From: Takakia lepidozioides
Lineage: Eukaryota; Plantae; Bryophyta
Direction: 5' to 3'
Length of the DNA stretch: 64,000 bases
Assembly (NCBI GenBank): GCA_030704615.1
Contig: CM060732.1
Coordinates: 51,708,001 to 51,772,000 of the forward strand
A program made the translations under genes and the position numbers. The notes beneath the pieces were generated by a model that made no database searches, was not told the DNA's origin, and saw only the letters and a list, made by a program, of their open reading frames with translations. The number at the start of each line of letters is the position of its first letter. Position 1 is the first letter of the stretch. This document shows, one piece after another, positions 61,301 through 64,000 of this stretch.

Positions 61301-62928
61301 CAAAGACTTGCTGGCATCAACCCTCTGCAGATTGAGAGGCTCGAGGTGGGTTTACAATCTTCCAGAATTATGTATATGCATCTGTTAGGACAGAAGGATG
61401 CCTAGGTGGGTAAGGAGTTAAGTTGACGAGTAAGAATCCATTTCAGCCTCTCCACTACGGTAGCGATGAAAGAAACCTTTCACAGGATGAATGTTGGGTA
61501 TTTTTGGTAGCAAGCTGCTCAGGAACAGTTGGAGAGAGATGTTTCCACTAGACTTTCTGGTTTCAACCGTGATTTCTGGAGATTCTTGGAAATTTATAAA
61601 TGCCGTCTTCGTCTGGTTTGTTTAAGATATGCAGCTCTGACTTAGCTTATCCTAACCAGACATTCTGCAATCTCATCACAGGTGTTCCCAGTCAAGAGCA
61701 CTTTGTCTGAATCTAAGCATGGGGACCCAATGTCAGCTATTGCCGCCAATCATATTCTACCATACCTGGAAGGACTTTCGGTCGAGCAGGTGGGTTTTTG
61801 AGGACGTTCAAATTTTTACTTAGGAATTTATTGCACTCCGGTTTGCTGTTGACTCAATGTAAGCATTGGCTATCATGTAGTGCTACTGGATGCAGCTCCC
61901 AAGTCTGTTTCAAGGTCAAAAAAGGCCCAACAAGGCCAAAATGTCTTTTTCCTAGCACTCTATGGTCATGTTTTGCATATTCTATGCTCGACATAGTTGG
62001 CAATATTGGATGTCTTTGTAGGGTATATTCATACTAAATGGACAGTACGCACTGGATTGACAGGCACTTGATGCAAAGAGGTTGTACATATTGGACTATT
62101 ATGACCTCTTCCTACCTCTCGTTTATCAAATCAATCATCAGGAAAGATCCTCAGACCAGATATATGCTACTAGAACTCTGTTCTTCCTGAATGGTGAGGG
62201 AACATTGAAACCTGTGGCCATCGAGCTGGCCCTGCCGAATCGCACTGGCCAGGTGGCCAGTAAGAGGGTGTTTACCCCACCCATGCAGAACAACAGGGGC
62301 TCCGGCAAGAGAGACTTGAAAGTCTTGCAAGAAGACAGACTGGAAATGGGAACTGGCTAAAGCACATGTACGCAGCAATGATAGTGGGCACCATCAGCTC
62401 TACAGTCACTGGTAGGCTGGGCTGCTCAGACAGACTACTCTTGTGGACTTCAGCAATGTATTTTGAAAGGACAAGACCGGTCAAATTAAGGTTGATACAT
62501 GTAATGCGGAATGAATCAGGAGTCTACATATATATATGCTCTTTGACTGGAGGGATAGAGCACCTAAAATGGAGGGACGGTGAGAGTGTCATTGTCTTGG
62601 CAAATTCCACTTTTCAGTGTCCAAGTTCTCACATTCAGTATTGTTGTGGTGAAATGTACAGGGCACGGACGCATGCTGCAGTCGAGCCTTACATCATAGC
62701 AACAAATAGGCAGCTCAGTGTGATGCACCCAATTCATCTTCTACTGAAACCACATTTCAAGAACACCATGAACACAAATTCAAAAGCCCGAGAGGTTCTC
62801 ATATGTGCAAATGGAATAATCGAGACATGCTTCTGCCCTGGCAAATATTCCCTTGAGTTCAGTGCAAGATGTTATGATGCACAGTGGCGATTTGACAAAG
62901 AAGCATTGCCTGACGATCTACTCAAAAG
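58338..62928 (+). pseudogene. LOX: Lipoxygenase, exons 1-8 (3' end outside window), frameshifted
   Basis: Exons ~58338-58536, 59475-59746, 60071-60305, 60469-60813, 61260-61345, 61682-61789, 62064-62411, 62662-62928. FGTPGA..CYSWV..RIFFSNQ; [12 protein letters not shown]; DEEFARQRLAGINP; [29 protein letters not shown]. 25-bp insertion in exon 7. Confidence 0.95.
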
Positions 62929-63024
62929 GTGGGTCAAGATAAAGTTTGTACAAACCCCCATTCTGGTTGTCTTTTGAAGCTCATTTGGTCTTTTGGTTAG
63001 AGAGTAGATCAGCAAATTAAGTTG

Positions 63025-64000
63025 TGTTAGAATTGAGCAAGAACAGGAACAAGAACTAAAGTCTTAGACTAAAGCTAAAACTCTCATCCCAACCATAGAA
63101 GCCACCATCATTCTCTTACACTTAGACTAGTGGCTTCACCCCCGAGCTTGTACAAGAAGGTCTCTAGGAAATCCTACTTGGTCACTTCCACTTCCACTAT
63201 GGTGACCATCCACCTTCTAACCATTCACCTTCCAAAGGTGAGTTAAACAAGATAGTCTTGTAGACTTCTAAACCTTTGGCCTTCAAGACTCTTAGTCTTC
63301 TAGATATGTTTAATTACTTCCAACACTCCCACTCAATTAAACCATATCATTGAGGTACTTCGTTTGTCTTTGGAGAAGAGACACCAAGTAAGGCTATGAC
63401 AACGCTGTTGCAACTTGTCGTTTGCTAAACCAAGATACAGCTCCACCTGCTAGGAGAAAACAATGGCCTGAAGTTGATTTTCTATTATCAATGTCTCCTG
63501 CCCGGTCAGCATCAGCAAACCCCAACAAACTTGGATCTTCCACTCTCTTGTAGAGTAGACCAAAGGTTGTTGTTCCTCTTAGATATCGAAATATCCTCTT
63601 CACTGCTTTCCAATGGGTTTGTCCGGGATTTGAAAGAAATTGTGAGACCACTCCCACTGAATGTGCAATGTCTAGTCTAGTACAAACCATGCAATACATC
63701 AAACTGCCGACTGCACTTTGATAAGGAGTTTTCCTCATATCCTCTTGCTCTTCTTGAGTCTTAGGTGTCATATCCTTCGTAAGTTTCAAACCAACTTCGA
63801 GAGGAATTAGAGAGACTGAGTCTTCCCCACTAATGACATGTTTGTTATCATCTATCAAAAGAACATATTGTGTAGGTGAAAGAGATCTATAGAATAAGAA
63901 ATGTTTTCTCTCTGAACTCATATGTTGAGATGCTCCTGAATCAACATACCACACATGCTTCTGTCTAGTAATGGCTGAGAAAGACACAACAAATAGAATA
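63025..64000 (-). mobile_element. Internally deleted Ty1/Copia element in LOX intron 8
   Basis: LTR 63025-63325 (TGTT..AACA) and PPT ttgagtgggag. ORF joins protease WYVDSGASQHM to RT end PYQSAVGSLMY..TRLDI and RNase H GFADAD.AGD..RKSTSG..VSWFSKRQ. Confidence 0.92.

Overview
Eukaryotic, intron-containing, transposon-dense land-plant DNA, probably from a non-seed plant (inferred from the many PLS-type PPR remnants and the TE families; not provable here). Host-gene content: a decayed RPS3a gene with duplicated exons (1.3-4.2 kb); several decayed copies of a gene joining OSB-type PDF motifs to a PLS PPR array, parts of which have amplified into tandem arrays (0-1, 36-42.5, 45.6-48, 49.5-50.2 kb); and exons 1-8 of a lipoxygenase with a frameshift and a Copia insertion (58.3-64 kb). 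The rest is nested Ty3/Gypsy, Copia, LINE, CACTA-like and Mutator-like elements. Main finding: a 10.8-kb Mutator-like element (16576-27418, 11-bp TSD). It encodes a GCM-like/DDE/SWIM transposase and, divergently, a spliced ParB/Srx-like + beta-class amino (N4C/N6A) DNA-methyltransferase gene whose introns are seeded with a 26-bp palindrome. A second, diverged methyltransferase copy (42.5-44.6 kb) has a different palindrome in the homologous intron. A related transposase (6.8-8.3 kb) lies beside an AlkB-like dioxygenase ORF and an array of that second palindrome. This suggests a transposon family carrying its own DNA-modification toolkit. All copies here are decayed, and domain calls are by eye, without database searches.
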